Assembly: GCA_045540635.1 (NCBI GenBank)
Contig: JAZQHO010000213.1
Coordinates: forward strand, 10,737 to 74,736
Source: Candidatus Limiplasma sp.
Lineage (GTDB): Bacteria > Bacillota > Clostridia > Christensenellales > Aristaeellaceae
Direction of reading: 5' to 3'
DNA length: 64,000 bases
Shown here: piece by piece, positions 53,896-63,693 of the stretch
Layout of the letters: each line of letters starts with the position of its first letter
Position numbering within the stretch: the first letter of the stretch is position 1
Translations under genes and position numbers: made by a program
Notes under the pieces: generated by a model
Database searches by the model: none
What the model saw: the letters and a program-made list of their open reading frames with translations, nothing else
Told to the model about the DNA's origin: nothing

Positions 53896-56163
53896 TTACG
53901 CCTCCTCGCCGTACAAAAGCCCGCTGGAGCCGGTGCCCAGATAGAAGCGGCCAAACACCCGCTTGTCCCCATCAATAGAATGCACCCGCCCGAACATCTG
54001 CCGGTCGGTATTGATGCGCTGGATCGTCCGGCACTCGTCAAAGCTGCGCCAGAAGCCGTACACACCACCGATCCAGCCGCTGAAGTACAGCGCTTTGGGC
54101 TCTTCGGCATAGCTGCCGCCGGGGCGGCCCAGACCCAGCCCCATACAGGAGACCCGGTCGCCCGGTGCCGTGAGCCGTCTGCCGGTAAAGCGATCCGCTG
54201 CGGGATCGTAGCACAGCTTCCACAGCCCACCCTCGCCGGTGGCGATGTACAGCACGCCCGGCTCACCTGCGGCAGCCCGGATCTCGCTCCGGTCGGCGCA
54301 ATCCACCAGACCGAACTCAGCCTCGGGGAAGCCCTCCGGCGCCGGGCGCTGGCGGAAGGTATCGCCGCCGTCGATGGATACATAAAGCTGCCCGGCTTCG
54401 CCAAAGCCGTAGAACACATGGGGCAGCACCCGGTCTGCGATGGGTTTCATACGTCCTTGTGCTTCTGTGCCGTCTGCCAGGAGCACACGGCTGCGCACAA
54501 AGGTCTTACCGGCATCATGCGAAGCGATCACGTTGCGGGCATGGAGCCAAATGCGCTCCGCCACCGCCCACACATAGCTTTTGCCATCGGCAGAGACCGC
54601 TGCCCAACCGGCGTTGGTATTCACGCCGGAGATCTTTCCGAGCAGGGCATCCAGCTCCGGAGAAAGCCCCATGGGCATATCCAGCCACGTCCAGCTCCGG
54701 GCACCGTCACGGCTGACGATGAGCCCGCCCTTGGTACGCCCCGTCCAGTTGCCGCGGGCAGTAACGAGGATGTGATCCGGGTCGCTGTCCGGCCATGCAC
54801 AGCTGAGACAGGTGATGTAGCGATTGCCCTCCGCATCGTCAAAGGAGTTTTCGCAGTGGCTGTCCACATCGGTGAAGGCAAAGCCGCCCAGATCGCCGAT
54901 CATATCCAGCAGGACGACCCTGCCGGATGCAGGGGCGTGCACATTAATGTGCACCGTCTCCTCCATGCCGTCGCACCAGTCCTGCCAGATGACTGTATCC
55001 GCCAGCAGATTTTGGGTGCGGAAGGTACCCGTGCCCGTATTGAACCATGCAGTGCCCGGGCGGTGGGGATCCAGCTTCACATCCGTCAGCCAGTGGATGA
55101 GATTGTTGCCGCCGTTGTAGCAGGGCTTCATATAGGAAAGGCGGAAATCCATGCGCCCGGTATGTAGCCCGTGCAGCACCTTTTTCCAGCTGATGCCCCG
55201 ATCCTGTGAGAGATACACCGCATCCCCATCCTGCCGGTGGATGGTGGCCGTCACCAGCAGCCCGGCCTTGACATCGGCAGCTGAAAAACCCCAGTTGCCC
55301 TTTTCGGGGGTGATATCCTCCGGTGCGCCCAAACCGCCGTCGAGGAGTGCATAGCGGGCAAAGCGCCCGCAGGAGCAGTCCCCGCAGTCGCAGGTATAGC
55401 CACGCTCCACATTCTGGCTGCGGGGGCCATTGGCAGAGAAGGATACATACAAATATGCATCATCAAATGTGCAGCGCTGCGCCACCAGACCGTGCAGCCT
55501 GCTGCCCTCAACCGTTTCGTAGGCGGGCTGTGGCACCGGCGCGAAGGAAGCGCCGCCATCGAAGGAAGCATAGAGGCTGTTGCCCCGCTGGTCGCCGCTG
55601 CGCTGCCGGGTACCCTCGGTGCCGACGAGCAGCATATTGCCGCGGCTTGCCACAAAGGTGCAGGCATCCTCCGGGAAGATGCTCACCTGCGCCCATGTGC
55701 AACCCTCATCCCGGGAGACCCACAGGCCGTCCGCCTGCGTGGCAAACCACAGGGTGGCGGTATCATTGGCATCCACCATGAGCCGCTCCCCTGCGCCCCG
55801 CCCGTGCAGGTTGCCGTGGGCGAACACCGGCAGCTCCACCTTGCGGAAGGTGGCTCCGCGATCGTCCGAGATCGTCAAAAGTGCTTTGCTGTCCGGCGCA
55901 TACATGCCGCCCACCACATACAGCCGCCCCGGGCGTGCGGGATCCAGCGCCGCAGAAATGGGGCAGGTTTCCCGAAGATCCTCCGGGGATACGTGATCGA
56001 TCAGGCTGACCCACTGCTGGCAGGCATAGTCGAAGCGGTACATGCCGCCGATATCCGTGCGGCAGTACATGGTTTCCGGGTCGGTGGGGTGAAAGAAAAA
56101 GCCTGTCACATACCCGCCGCCGCCAATGGGCATATGCTTGTAGAGATACGGTACAGTATGCAT
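53896..56163 (-). CDS. GH74-like (xyloglucanase/BNR beta-propeller) glycoside hydrolase, no signal peptide
   Basis: The N-terminal PIGGGGYVTGFFFHPTDPETMYCRTDIGGMYRFD pattern is characteristic of GH74 tandem 7-bladed propellers, with repeated S.D.G.TW-like Asp boxes. The ATG at 56163 follows AGGAAAGG. Confidence 0.7.
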   Translation of the reverse strand: MHTVPYLYKHMPIGGGGYVTGFFFHPTDPETMYCRTDIGGMYRFDYACQQWVSLIDHVSPEDLRETCPISAALDPARPGRLYVVGGMYAPDSKALLTISDDRGATFRKVELPVFAHGNLHGRGAGERLMVDANDTATLWFATQADGLWVSRDEGCTWAQVSIFPEDACTFVASRGNMLLVGTEGTRQRSGDQRGNSLYASFDGGASFAPVPQPAYETVEGSRLHGLVAQRCTFDDAYLYVSFSANGPRSQNVERGYTCDCGDCSCGRFARYALLDGGLGAPEDITPEKGNWGFSAADVKAGLLVTATIHRQDGDAVYLSQDRGISWKKVLHGLHTGRMDFRLSYMKPCYNGGNNLIHWLTDVKLDPHRPGTAWFNTGTGTFRTQNLLADTVIWQDWCDGMEETVHINVHAPASGRVVLLDMIGDLGGFAFTDVDSHCENSFDDAEGNRYITCLSCAWPDSDPDHILVTARGNWTGRTKGGLIVSRDGARSWTWLDMPMGLSPELDALLGKISGVNTNAGWAAVSADGKSYVWAVAERIWLHARNVIASHDAGKTFVRSRVLLADGTEAQGRMKPIADRVLPHVFYGFGEAGQLYVSIDGGDTFRQRPAPEGFPEAEFGLVDCADRSEIRAAAGEPGVLYIATGEGGLWKLCYDPAADRFTGRRLTAPGDRVSCMGLGLGRPGGSYAEEPKALYFSGWIGGVYGFWRSFDECRTIQRINTDRQMFGRVHSIDGDKRVFGRFYLGTGSSGLLYGEEA

Positions 56164-56285
56164 AAATACACCTTTCCTGTTGTGCTGTTTCATAGGATTG
56201 GGGATGATTATAGCACAAGCGGCATGCAGGCGGAAGGGGTAAGCACAAATAAAGAAAGTTATTTATTCTCCGCCGCACGGGGTGC

Positions 56286-56324
56286 AAAAAACCGCTGCAG
56301 CCCGCAGACTGCAACGGTTTTTTT
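56286..56324. terminator. Terminator hairpin after the MmcQ-GNAT gene
   Basis: AACCGCTGCAG-cccgcaga-CTGCAACGGTT (one mismatch), flanked by A5 and T7. Confidence 0.6.
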
Positions 56325-57176
56325 CTACGCCCGGCGCACCATTTGCAGGCACGTCCACTTTTCACCCATACAGGTATCCACCCGCTGCGGCTTGCCTTCG
56401 TCCGGCAGAAAGCCACAGGCCTTGTAGCATGCAATAGCAGCAGGATTGTTCTCGTATACTGCCAGATGCTGGCTGTGCGCCTTCATGCGGCTGCGGGCAT
56501 CGTGCAGGGCACAGGCGATCATCCGCTTGCCCAGCCCCCCGCCCCGCAGGGCAGGATCCAGCAGCACATACCCGAAACGGATGCCATGCTCTGCATCCGG
56601 CTGAGGGTAGAGATGCACGAACCCAGCGGGGCTGCCCTCCCAGTACCACACCAGCGTAGAGCAGACAGGATAACAAGCGAGCCTTTTGTTCAGTGCTCCG
56701 GCTGCAAGGGGCCAGCTGCCCAGCGAACCCGCCGACCAGCGCCAGTAGGTGAGCTCATCCGCAGCCCAGCGCAGCACCTGCGCTTCATCCTCCGGGCGGT
56801 AGGGGCGCAGCACGCCCAGCAGCACTTCCCTCGCACTGCGGGAAAGGCTTGCCACCGCCTGATCGTAGCTGTGGTGCAGCATTTGGAGCAGCACGCCGTC
56901 TGGCACAGTGCCATCCATGGTGACGGTATTGTTGTAGGGCTGCTGCACCGGCGGGCAGTGCCAGCCCCGGCGCACCGTGCCCGGATACTGCTGCCGCCAG
57001 TCCATGCCCCGGCTTCGGTCGCACTTGAAGCTGACCCAACCCTGCATGGGCATAAAAGAAGCAAAGATGCGCCCATGCTCCCCCAGCCGCACACAGATGC
57101 TCTCCGGCCCGAAGGGGCTTTCGGCTACGGCAGCGGGCAGGGTAAGGGCGGTCTCCATCAGGTCGGCAAGTGTCAT
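56325..57176 (-). CDS. Fusion protein: MmcQ/YjbR-family domain plus GNAT acetyltransferase domain
   Basis: The N-terminus has a YjbR-like pattern (PFGPESICVRLGEHGRIFASF...WVSFKCD). The C-terminus carries the GNAT motif LLDPALRGGGLGKRMIACAL...YKACGF. Confidence 0.7.
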   Translation of the reverse strand: MTLADLMETALTLPAAVAESPFGPESICVRLGEHGRIFASFMPMQGWVSFKCDRSRGMDWRQQYPGTVRRGWHCPPVQQPYNNTVTMDGTVPDGVLLQMLHHSYDQAVASLSRSAREVLLGVLRPYRPEDEAQVLRWAADELTYWRWSAGSLGSWPLAAGALNKRLACYPVCSTLVWYWEGSPAGFVHLYPQPDAEHGIRFGYVLLDPALRGGGLGKRMIACALHDARSRMKAHSQHLAVYENNPAAIACYKACGFLPDEGKPQRVDTCMGEKWTCLQMVRRA

Positions 57177-58366
57177 AGCATATCTCCTGGCAGGGGCAGG
57201 CGCGCCACGCCGCTTTCCACTGCGGCTTTGGCAACAGCTTTGGCAACCGCCTTGCCCACACGCTCGTCAAAAGCCTTGGGGATGATGTACTCGGCGCTCA
57301 GTTCCTCATCGGAGACAAGGGAGGCGATGGCCAGCGAAGCAGCCACCTTCATCTCGTCGTTGATATCCCGGGCGCGTACATCCAGCGCACCGCGGAAGAT
57401 GCCGGGGAACGCCAGCACATTGTTGATCTGGTTGGGATAGTCGCTGCGCCCGGTACCCACCACCGCAGCACCGGCGGAAAGAGCCTCATCGGGCATGATC
57501 TCCGGCACGGGATTAGCCATGGGCAGCACGATGGGCTTTTCTGCCATGGAGGCGATCATCTCCGGCTTCAGCACGCCGGGGGCGCTGACGCCCACGAACA
57601 CATCTGCACCGGCAACAGCCTCCGCCAGCCCGCCGGACAGACCGCGCTTATTGGTGATGCGGCTCATCTCCTCCTGCGCAGGGGTCATACCGGCGGTACC
57701 CTCCGCAATGATGCCGTGGCGGTCCACCAGAATGATATCGCCCATGCCGAAGCGCAGCAGATGGTTGGCGATGGCGATGCCCGCAGAGCCTGCGCCGTTG
57801 ATCACACAGGTGATCTCCTCCGGCTTCTTGCCCACCAGCCGAAGCGCATTGAGCAGCGCAGCCGCCACCACCACAGCCGTGCCGTGCTGGTCGTCGTGGA
57901 AAACGGGAATATCGCAGATCTCCTTCAGCCTGCGTTCGATCTCAAAGCAGCGGGGTGCGGCGATATCCTCCAGATTGATGCCGCCGAAGCTGCCGCTGAG
58001 CAGGTATACCGTGCGGACGATCTCATCCACATCCTTGCTTTTGATGCACAGGGGGATGGCATCCACACCACCGAACTCCTTAAACAACACGCACTTGCCC
58101 TCCATCACGGGCATGCCGGCCTCGGGGCCGATATCGCCAAGCCCCAGCACGGCGGTACCATCGGTGACAACAGCCACCAGATTGTGGCGGCGGGTAAGCT
58201 CGTAGGATTTTTCCACATCCTGATGGATGACCATGCAGGGCTCGGCCACACCGGGCGTATAGGCCAGTGAAAGGGAATGGCTGTCCTCCACGGGGGCGCG
58301 GGAGACCACCTCCAGCTTGCCTGCCCATTCGTAATGCTTCTGAAGCGATTCTTCGCGGATGTTCAT
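57173..58366 (-). CDS. NAD(P)-dependent malic enzyme (short form)
   Basis: LSLAYTPGVA, VVTDGTAVLGLGDIG, FGGINLEDI and VINGAGSAGIA motifs. The ATG at 58366 follows AAAGGAG. Confidence 0.9.
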   Translation of the reverse strand: MNIREESLQKHYEWAGKLEVVSRAPVEDSHSLSLAYTPGVAEPCMVIHQDVEKSYELTRRHNLVAVVTDGTAVLGLGDIGPEAGMPVMEGKCVLFKEFGGVDAIPLCIKSKDVDEIVRTVYLLSGSFGGINLEDIAAPRCFEIERRLKEICDIPVFHDDQHGTAVVVAAALLNALRLVGKKPEEITCVINGAGSAGIAIANHLLRFGMGDIILVDRHGIIAEGTAGMTPAQEEMSRITNKRGLSGGLAEAVAGADVFVGVSAPGVLKPEMIASMAEKPIVLPMANPVPEIMPDEALSAGAAVVGTGRSDYPNQINNVLAFPGIFRGALDVRARDINDEMKVAASLAIASLVSDEELSAEYIIPKAFDERVGKAVAKAVAKAAVESGVARLPLPGDML

Positions 58367-58517
58367 CGTGGCTGCACTCCTTTGTGCCATAGCGTTTTTT
58401 CCGGTTTATTGTAGCACCAACCGCCCCGCTTCGCAACCGCGATACAGCTTTAGCACACTTGACAAACGGCGGGCTTCTGCTATCATCATCCCCGAATATA
58501 CCAAAGGAGCGCCTGCT

Positions 58518-59795
58518 ATGAATACCTTTTGGGCACGGCTCAGAAAAAATGCCGTGATCGACACGCTGTTCACCCTTGAAGGGAACGCCAAGCCCTGCCT
58601 GTATCTGGAGCCGCTGTGGGGCATCCCCTACAACCTGTATGCGCCGCTTGCCTCCGTCTACATGGCTGCGCTGGGGCTGAGCCCCACCCACATCGGCCTC
58701 ATCTCCACCATTTTTCTGGCCTCCCAGATGTTCTGGGCGCTGCTCAGCGGCGTTCTGACCGACAAGCTGGGCCGCCGCACCTGTACCGCCATCTTTGACT
58801 GCGTCAGCTGGACCATCCCCGCTCTTTTGTGGACCTTTGCGCAGGATTTCCGCTGGTTTGCGGCAGCTGCGGTCTTTAACGGCGCATGGCGCGTTACCGA
58901 GACCTCATGGGATCTGCTGATGATCGAGGATGCCCCGGAAAACAGACTGGTGCACATGTACACCCTTACCTCCATCGCGGGGTTGCTGGCCGGCTTCGTA
59001 TCCCCCATCGCCTATTTCTTTGTGCAGCGCTTCACCATCGTGCCCACCATGCGCTTCATCTATGGCTTCACCTGCGTGATGATGACCTCCAAGTTCGTAA
59101 TCCTCTATTTTCTGAGCAAGGAGACCTCCGTAGGCAAGCGGCGCATGGAGGAATGCAGGGGCGTGAGCCTGACCGGCCGCCTGTGGGACAGCCGCAAGGT
59201 GCTGCAGCGTATGCTGCGCTCAAAGCGCATCCTGCTCACGGTGGCTTTTGTTGCCTGCTACAGCGGCATCTGCAATGTAAACGGCTCCTTCTGGCCTCTG
59301 CTCATCACCGATAAGCTGGGCATCCCCACGGAGGATCTTTCCATCTTCTTTACCATTAAAAACCTGTTTATGCTGGTGTGCTATTTCGTTGTAGCACCCC
59401 GGCTGGATGTGCGCCGCTTCCGCCACCCGGTGCTGCTTGGGCTGGGGCTGCTGATCGGCCAGCAGCTGCTGATGATGCTGATGCCCAGGGGCGTTTACTG
59501 GCCCGTGGTGCTGGCGGTGGTGCTGGAAGCGCTGGCGCTTTCCATCCTTGACCCCATGCGCGGCTCCCTGCAGATGATCAACATCGAGCGGGAGGAGCGG
59601 GCACGCATGCTCAGCTACTTCTATGCCCTGTGCATGCTCTCCACAGCACCGCTGAGCTGGCTGGCGGGTCTGGCTGCCGAGGCGGACAGGGCCTACCCCT
59701 TTGCCATGAATCTGGTGCTTACCCTCATTGCCTGCGCACTCATCTGCGTGCTCTGGAAGGAGCGCCGCACCGATCTGGATAACGAGCCCGTCTGA
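58518..59795 (+). CDS. MFS transporter
   Basis: 12 predicted hydrophobic segments and a TDKLGRR loop motif. The ATG at 58518 follows AAAGGAG. Confidence 0.8.
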   Translation: MNTFWARLRKNAVIDTLFTLEGNAKPCLYLEPLWGIPYNLYAPLASVYMAALGLSPTHIGLISTIFLASQMFWALLSGVLTDKLGRRTCTAIFDCVSWTIPALLWTFAQDFRWFAAAAVFNGAWRVTETSWDLLMIEDAPENRLVHMYTLTSIAGLLAGFVSPIAYFFVQRFTIVPTMRFIYGFTCVMMTSKFVILYFLSKETSVGKRRMEECRGVSLTGRLWDSRKVLQRMLRSKRILLTVAFVACYSGICNVNGSFWPLLITDKLGIPTEDLSIFFTIKNLFMLVCYFVVAPRLDVRRFRHPVLLGLGLLIGQQLLMMLMPRGVYWPVVLAVVLEALALSILDPMRGSLQMINIEREERARMLSYFYALCMLSTAPLSWLAGLAAEADRAYPFAMNLVLTLIACALICVLWKERRTDLDNEPV

Positions 59796-59962
59796 CAGAT
59801 CCCTCTCCCCTCTCTGCTCCGCTCGGTGACACAAGCACACAAAAATTTCTTTTTTCAGGTATCCGTCTGCGGAGGATGTCCTGCGCCCGAATGCCTCTAT
59901 ATACCGCAGCAGAAGCGCCCGGCAGGTGGTTACACAGCTGTGCAAGCATTTCTCCGCAGCTC

Positions 59963-59991
59963 TTGACGGAATTGGAAAACCCATGTAAAAT
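59963..59991 (+). promoter_or_regulatory. Putative promoter of the filament-like operon
   Basis: TTGACG - 17 nt - TAAAAT. Confidence 0.5.
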
Positions 59992-60033
59992 AAAGGGACG
60001 AATACCGCTCTGATCCTGTGTATCACGACGCAA

Positions 60034-60888
60034 ATGGAGGCGAAGACGGTGAACGCAATCACAACAGCATCCCGGAAACAGCAAAAACGGCTGGCGCTGC
60101 TGCTCGCGCTGCTGGTGCTTTCATCTGTAATGGTCTGTGCGCTGAATGCGGCAGCAGATATGTACCTGCCCCTTGCAACGGGCGAGGTCGTCTTTCAGGA
60201 AGGCGATCTGCTGATCGATGCAAGCCAGTGCAATCAGGGCTACCTGATGGCAAAGCACGAACCCAACAAAAAAGCTCTCAAGATCCGCCTTACCTGCGGC
60301 AAGGCTTCTTTGAGCTACGATTTTGCAGCCGACGGCGAGTACGAAATCTTCCCGCTGCAGCTCGGCAACGGCAAATACAAGGTAGAGGTATTCCAGCAGG
60401 CCTCCGGCAGAAAGTACAAGCCGCTGATGGATACCACCATCGAGGTGGAACTGGCCAGCGAAACGCTCCCCTATCTCTTCCCCAACCAGTATGTTGACTA
60501 TAACGACGACTCCGATGCCGTTATCAAGTCCATCGAACTGTGCCACGGGCTGGAGAGCAACTGGGAAAAATATCAGGCCATTTACCGCTACATGGCCAAC
60601 CACATGGTCTACGACTTCGACAAGGCCCGCAAGGTAAGCACCGGCTACCTGCCTGTGGTGGATGATGTGCTCTATGCGCAGAAGGGTATCTGCTTCGACC
60701 TTTCCGCACTGATGGCCACCATGCTGCGCACGCAGGGCATCCCCACCCAGCTGGTGATCGGCTATGCCGATAAGATCTACCATGCATGGAATCTTGTCTA
60801 TCTGGACGGCGTATGGTACCGGTGCGACATCACATCCGACATCATGTGCATGAGCATCAAGCGCTATACCACCGAGCGTTACTACTGA
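60034..60888 (+). CDS. Secreted transglutaminase-core (Cys-protease fold) domain protein
   Basis: Signal peptide LALLLALLVLSSVMVCALNAAA. The core is KGICFDLSALMATMLRTQGIPTQLVIGY...HAWNLVYLDGVWYRCDIT (Cys-His-Asp). A GTG start at 60049 after GGAGG is an alternative. Confidence 0.75.
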   Translation: MEAKTVNAITTASRKQQKRLALLLALLVLSSVMVCALNAAADMYLPLATGEVVFQEGDLLIDASQCNQGYLMAKHEPNKKALKIRLTCGKASLSYDFAADGEYEIFPLQLGNGKYKVEVFQQASGRKYKPLMDTTIEVELASETLPYLFPNQYVDYNDDSDAVIKSIELCHGLESNWEKYQAIYRYMANHMVYDFDKARKVSTGYLPVVDDVLYAQKGICFDLSALMATMLRTQGIPTQLVIGYADKIYHAWNLVYLDGVWYRCDITSDIMCMSIKRYTTERYY

Positions 60889-60915
60889 TCCCATCATTAT
60901 AGAGGAGGAACCCGT

Positions 60916-61953
60916 ATGAGCCGTAAACTGCGTTTGAGCCACGAAGAGCTGGCTGTTATGTGCGAACAGGTAGCGCTGGTGCTCCGTGCCGGTCTGCCTG
61001 TACACGACGGTGTAGAGGCGCTGTGCGAGAACTACAAGGGAACCCGTTTTGAAAAAGGTTTCAACGCCCTGAGCATCACCGTTATGGAAACCGGCAGCCT
61101 GACCGCCGGTTTCAAAGAGGCAGGGCTGTTCCCCGATTACCTGATCGCCATGAGCGAGATCGGCGAAAAAACCGGCGAGCTGGACAGCGTTATGGAAGAG
61201 CTGTCCCTGTACTACGACCGCGAAGCCGCCAACCGCCGCTCCATCAAGAGCGCTCTGTTCTACCCCCTGCTGCTGATCGTTATGATGGCGCTGATCATCG
61301 GCGTGCTGGTAACGCAGGTGCTGCCCATCTTTGAAAACGTATACGGCAGCTTCGATTCCGGCTCCAGCGCAGGCTGGATGAACGTGGCTGTATCCTTTGG
61401 CAAGGCCACGCTGATCGCCGCTGGCATTCTGCTGCTGCTGGTGATTATCCTGCTGGTGGTCATCAAGCTGGACAGCAGCCAGAAGGTGCTGCAGTGGCTG
61501 CAGAATGCCGTCAAGCCCCTGCGCAAGCTGGAGCAGAAGCTCTCTGCCGCCCGTTTTGCCTCCACGCTGGGCATGATGCTCCGCAGCGGTTTCCCGCTGG
61601 AGGAGAGCATGGAACTGATCGAAAACCTGTTCACCAACAAGCGGCTGCGTCAGCGCGTGAGCCAGTGCCGCCAGAAGATGGATGAGTTTGTCTCCTTCCC
61701 CGATGCTGTGGGCGAGACCGGCATCTTTGAGCCACTGCATTGCCGCATGATCTCCGTGGGCTTCCGTGCCGGCCAGACCGACCGGGTAATGAGCAAGCTG
61801 GCTGTGCTTTACGATGAGGATGTAAACACCCAGATCGGCCATCTGGTCTCCATTATCGAGCCCTCTCTGGTGGCTCTGATGTCTGTGATCATCGGCGCTA
61901 TTCTGCTGTCGGTCATGCTGCCGCTGCTGAGTATTATGAGCAGCATTGGCTAA
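60916..61953 (+). CDS. Type II secretion system F / PilC / ComGB family platform protein
   Basis: 345 aa with two T2SSF repeats (..MSEIGEKTGELDSVMEELSLYY.. and ..RMISVGFRAGQTDRVMSKLAVLY..) and three TM segments. GAGGAGG RBS. Confidence 0.85.
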   Translation: MSRKLRLSHEELAVMCEQVALVLRAGLPVHDGVEALCENYKGTRFEKGFNALSITVMETGSLTAGFKEAGLFPDYLIAMSEIGEKTGELDSVMEELSLYYDREAANRRSIKSALFYPLLLIVMMALIIGVLVTQVLPIFENVYGSFDSGSSAGWMNVAVSFGKATLIAAGILLLLVIILLVVIKLDSSQKVLQWLQNAVKPLRKLEQKLSAARFASTLGMMLRSGFPLEESMELIENLFTNKRLRQRVSQCRQKMDEFVSFPDAVGETGIFEPLHCRMISVGFRAGQTDRVMSKLAVLYDEDVNTQIGHLVSIIEPSLVALMSVIIGAILLSVMLPLLSIMSSIG

Positions 61954-61996
61954 AGATTCAAGAAACCCCAATCCCAACGGGAAAGGAGGAAGGACC

Positions 61997-62323
61997 GTGC
62001 ACGTTAAGAAACAAAGCATGTGGAAGGGCGCTGTTCTTACGCTGCTTGTTTTTGGACTGATGATCGGCGTGCTGGTATACGGCGTTTCCACCGTGAACGA
62101 CGTAAACGACAGCGAGCAGATGGCAGAGCTGGAAAACTCGGTGCGCAGAGCCTCTATTCTCTGCTATGCCGTGGAAGGCCGCTACCCTGAAAACGCCGAC
62201 AAGCTCCGCCAATACTACGGCCTTACCTACGACCAGAATAAATACATCGTACAGCTGGACAGCTTTGCCAGCAACCTTTTGCCGGATATCCGCATCCTTA
62301 CGATCGGAGGTGAGGCAGAATGA
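61997..62323 (+). CDS. Small single-pass membrane protein (no prepilin motif)
   Basis: The GTG at 61997 lies 7 nt after GGAGG (alternative ATG at 62018). TM segment WKGAVLTLLVFGLMIGVLVYG. Confidence 0.55.
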   Translation: MHVKKQSMWKGAVLTLLVFGLMIGVLVYGVSTVNDVNDSEQMAELENSVRRASILCYAVEGRYPENADKLRQYYGLTYDQNKYIVQLDSFASNLLPDIRILTIGGEAE

Positions 62324-62829
62324 GCAAGCCCGAAAAAAACGGTAATGCCATGACCAGCCACGCTGTGGGCGGTCTGTTCATCTTTTGCCTCATTGCCCTT
62401 TTTGCGGTGCTGGCTGTTACCCTTACCCTTACCGGCATGCGTGCCTACCAAAGCGTAAGCGAAGCCTCCGTGGGCAACAGCGAAGCGCAGATCGTGCTCA
62501 GCTACCTGCTCAACAAGACCCACGCCATGGATACCACCGGCGCTGTCTCCATCCGTGAGGAGAACGGCGTGCAATTCCTCTGTCTTGATGAGTACTGGGA
62601 GGATGAGGTATACCAGACCCGTATCTACGCCCTCGACGGCCAGATGCTGGAGTATTACTGCGGTGCCGAGGACGAGTTCAAGCCCGAGTTGGGCGATCCG
62701 CTGGCTGATGTGCAGAAGCTTACCTTTGCGATGGAATCCCCCCGGGTGATCACCGCATCCGTCGTACTCAACGACGGCACGGAGCAGCAGCTGCACATTG
62801 CGCTGCGTTCTCAGGAGGTGCTCCAATGA
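62320..62829 (+). CDS. Pseudopilin-like single-pass membrane protein (possibly DUF4860-like; unverified)
   Basis: ATGA overlap with the previous gene. N-terminal helix GGLFIFCLIALFAVLAVTLTLTGMRAY without Glu+5. Confidence 0.55.
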   Translation: MSKPEKNGNAMTSHAVGGLFIFCLIALFAVLAVTLTLTGMRAYQSVSEASVGNSEAQIVLSYLLNKTHAMDTTGAVSIREENGVQFLCLDEYWEDEVYQTRIYALDGQMLEYYCGAEDEFKPELGDPLADVQKLTFAMESPRVITASVVLNDGTEQQLHIALRSQEVLQ

Positions 62830-63227
62830 AAAGATATCAGGGCAACATCCTGCTGATCGAATTGCTGATCGTGATCCTGTTTTTCTCCTTGTCGCAGGTA
62901 GTGATGGTGCGCGTGTTTGCCTCCGCGCACGAAAAATCCCACACCAGCGTCCAGCTGCGCCATGCACTGATGGCCTGCCAGGATGTGGCGGAGCAGCTGA
63001 GCGTAAGCGAGAACCCCGACGCCCTTCTCCTGCGCCTTCGTTTCTCCGGCGAGGACGGCAGCTATTTCCGCTGCGAAGAAAAGGGCTTTGATATCTACGT
63101 GCACTGCCAGCAGGAAGAAACCGCTGCCGGCACGCTGCTTACCTCCACCGTGACCGCACAGAGGGACGACAAAGAGATCCTTTCGCTGCCGGTATCCCTC
63201 TATGTGCCAAAGGAGGGCTCGCTATGA
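62826..63227 (+). CDS. Pseudopilin-like protein with atypical prepilin-type N-terminus
   Basis: MKRYQGNILLIELLIVILFFSL has a pilin-like hydrophobic core, but the Glu is 6 residues after the Gly. ATGA overlap. Confidence 0.6.
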   Translation: MKRYQGNILLIELLIVILFFSLSQVVMVRVFASAHEKSHTSVQLRHALMACQDVAEQLSVSENPDALLLRLRFSGEDGSYFRCEEKGFDIYVHCQQEETAAGTLLTSTVTAQRDDKEILSLPVSLYVPKEGSL

Positions 63228-63691
63228 AAAAGCAAGATTCCCAGCAGCGTGTAGGCGTTGGCGTATCCTCTGTGCTGATGATCCTCGTGGTGCTGGCTAT
63301 GACGGCCCTTTCTCTGCTGGCCTTTGGCAGCGCCCGCTCCAACGAGAGCATGACCCGGCGCAATGCCGATGTGGGTACCGCCTACTATGTAGCCGCCGAT
63401 CAGGCCCAGCGCACGCTGGCCGAGGTGGATGCGCTTCTCCTCACCGGCCGGCAGCAGGGTGCAGACCTTGCATGGTACGAGCAGGAAGCCCCCGAAAACA
63501 TCACCTTCGAGGAGGGTGAGGAAGGCATCTGCTTCTCCTTTACCATTGATGCCGGCAACGATCTGGCGATCCTTGTGCGCGGTCTTCTGACCGAAGGCCC
63601 TCAGCGCTACCGCCTGCTGGAACACCGCGTGTTCGACAACAGCGACTACGGCTTCTTTGGCGATGATTATCTTGTGTTGATGGGAGATTGA
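63224..63691 (+). CDS. PilX-N/ComGG-like minor pseudopilin candidate
   Basis: QQRVGVGVSSVLMILVVLAMTALSLLAFGSA resembles PilX N-terminal helices. ATGA overlap. Confidence 0.5.
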   Translation: MKKQDSQQRVGVGVSSVLMILVVLAMTALSLLAFGSARSNESMTRRNADVGTAYYVAADQAQRTLAEVDALLLTGRQQGADLAWYEQEAPENITFEEGEEGICFSFTIDAGNDLAILVRGLLTEGPQRYRLLEHRVFDNSDYGFFGDDYLVLMGD

Positions 63692-63693
63692 GC

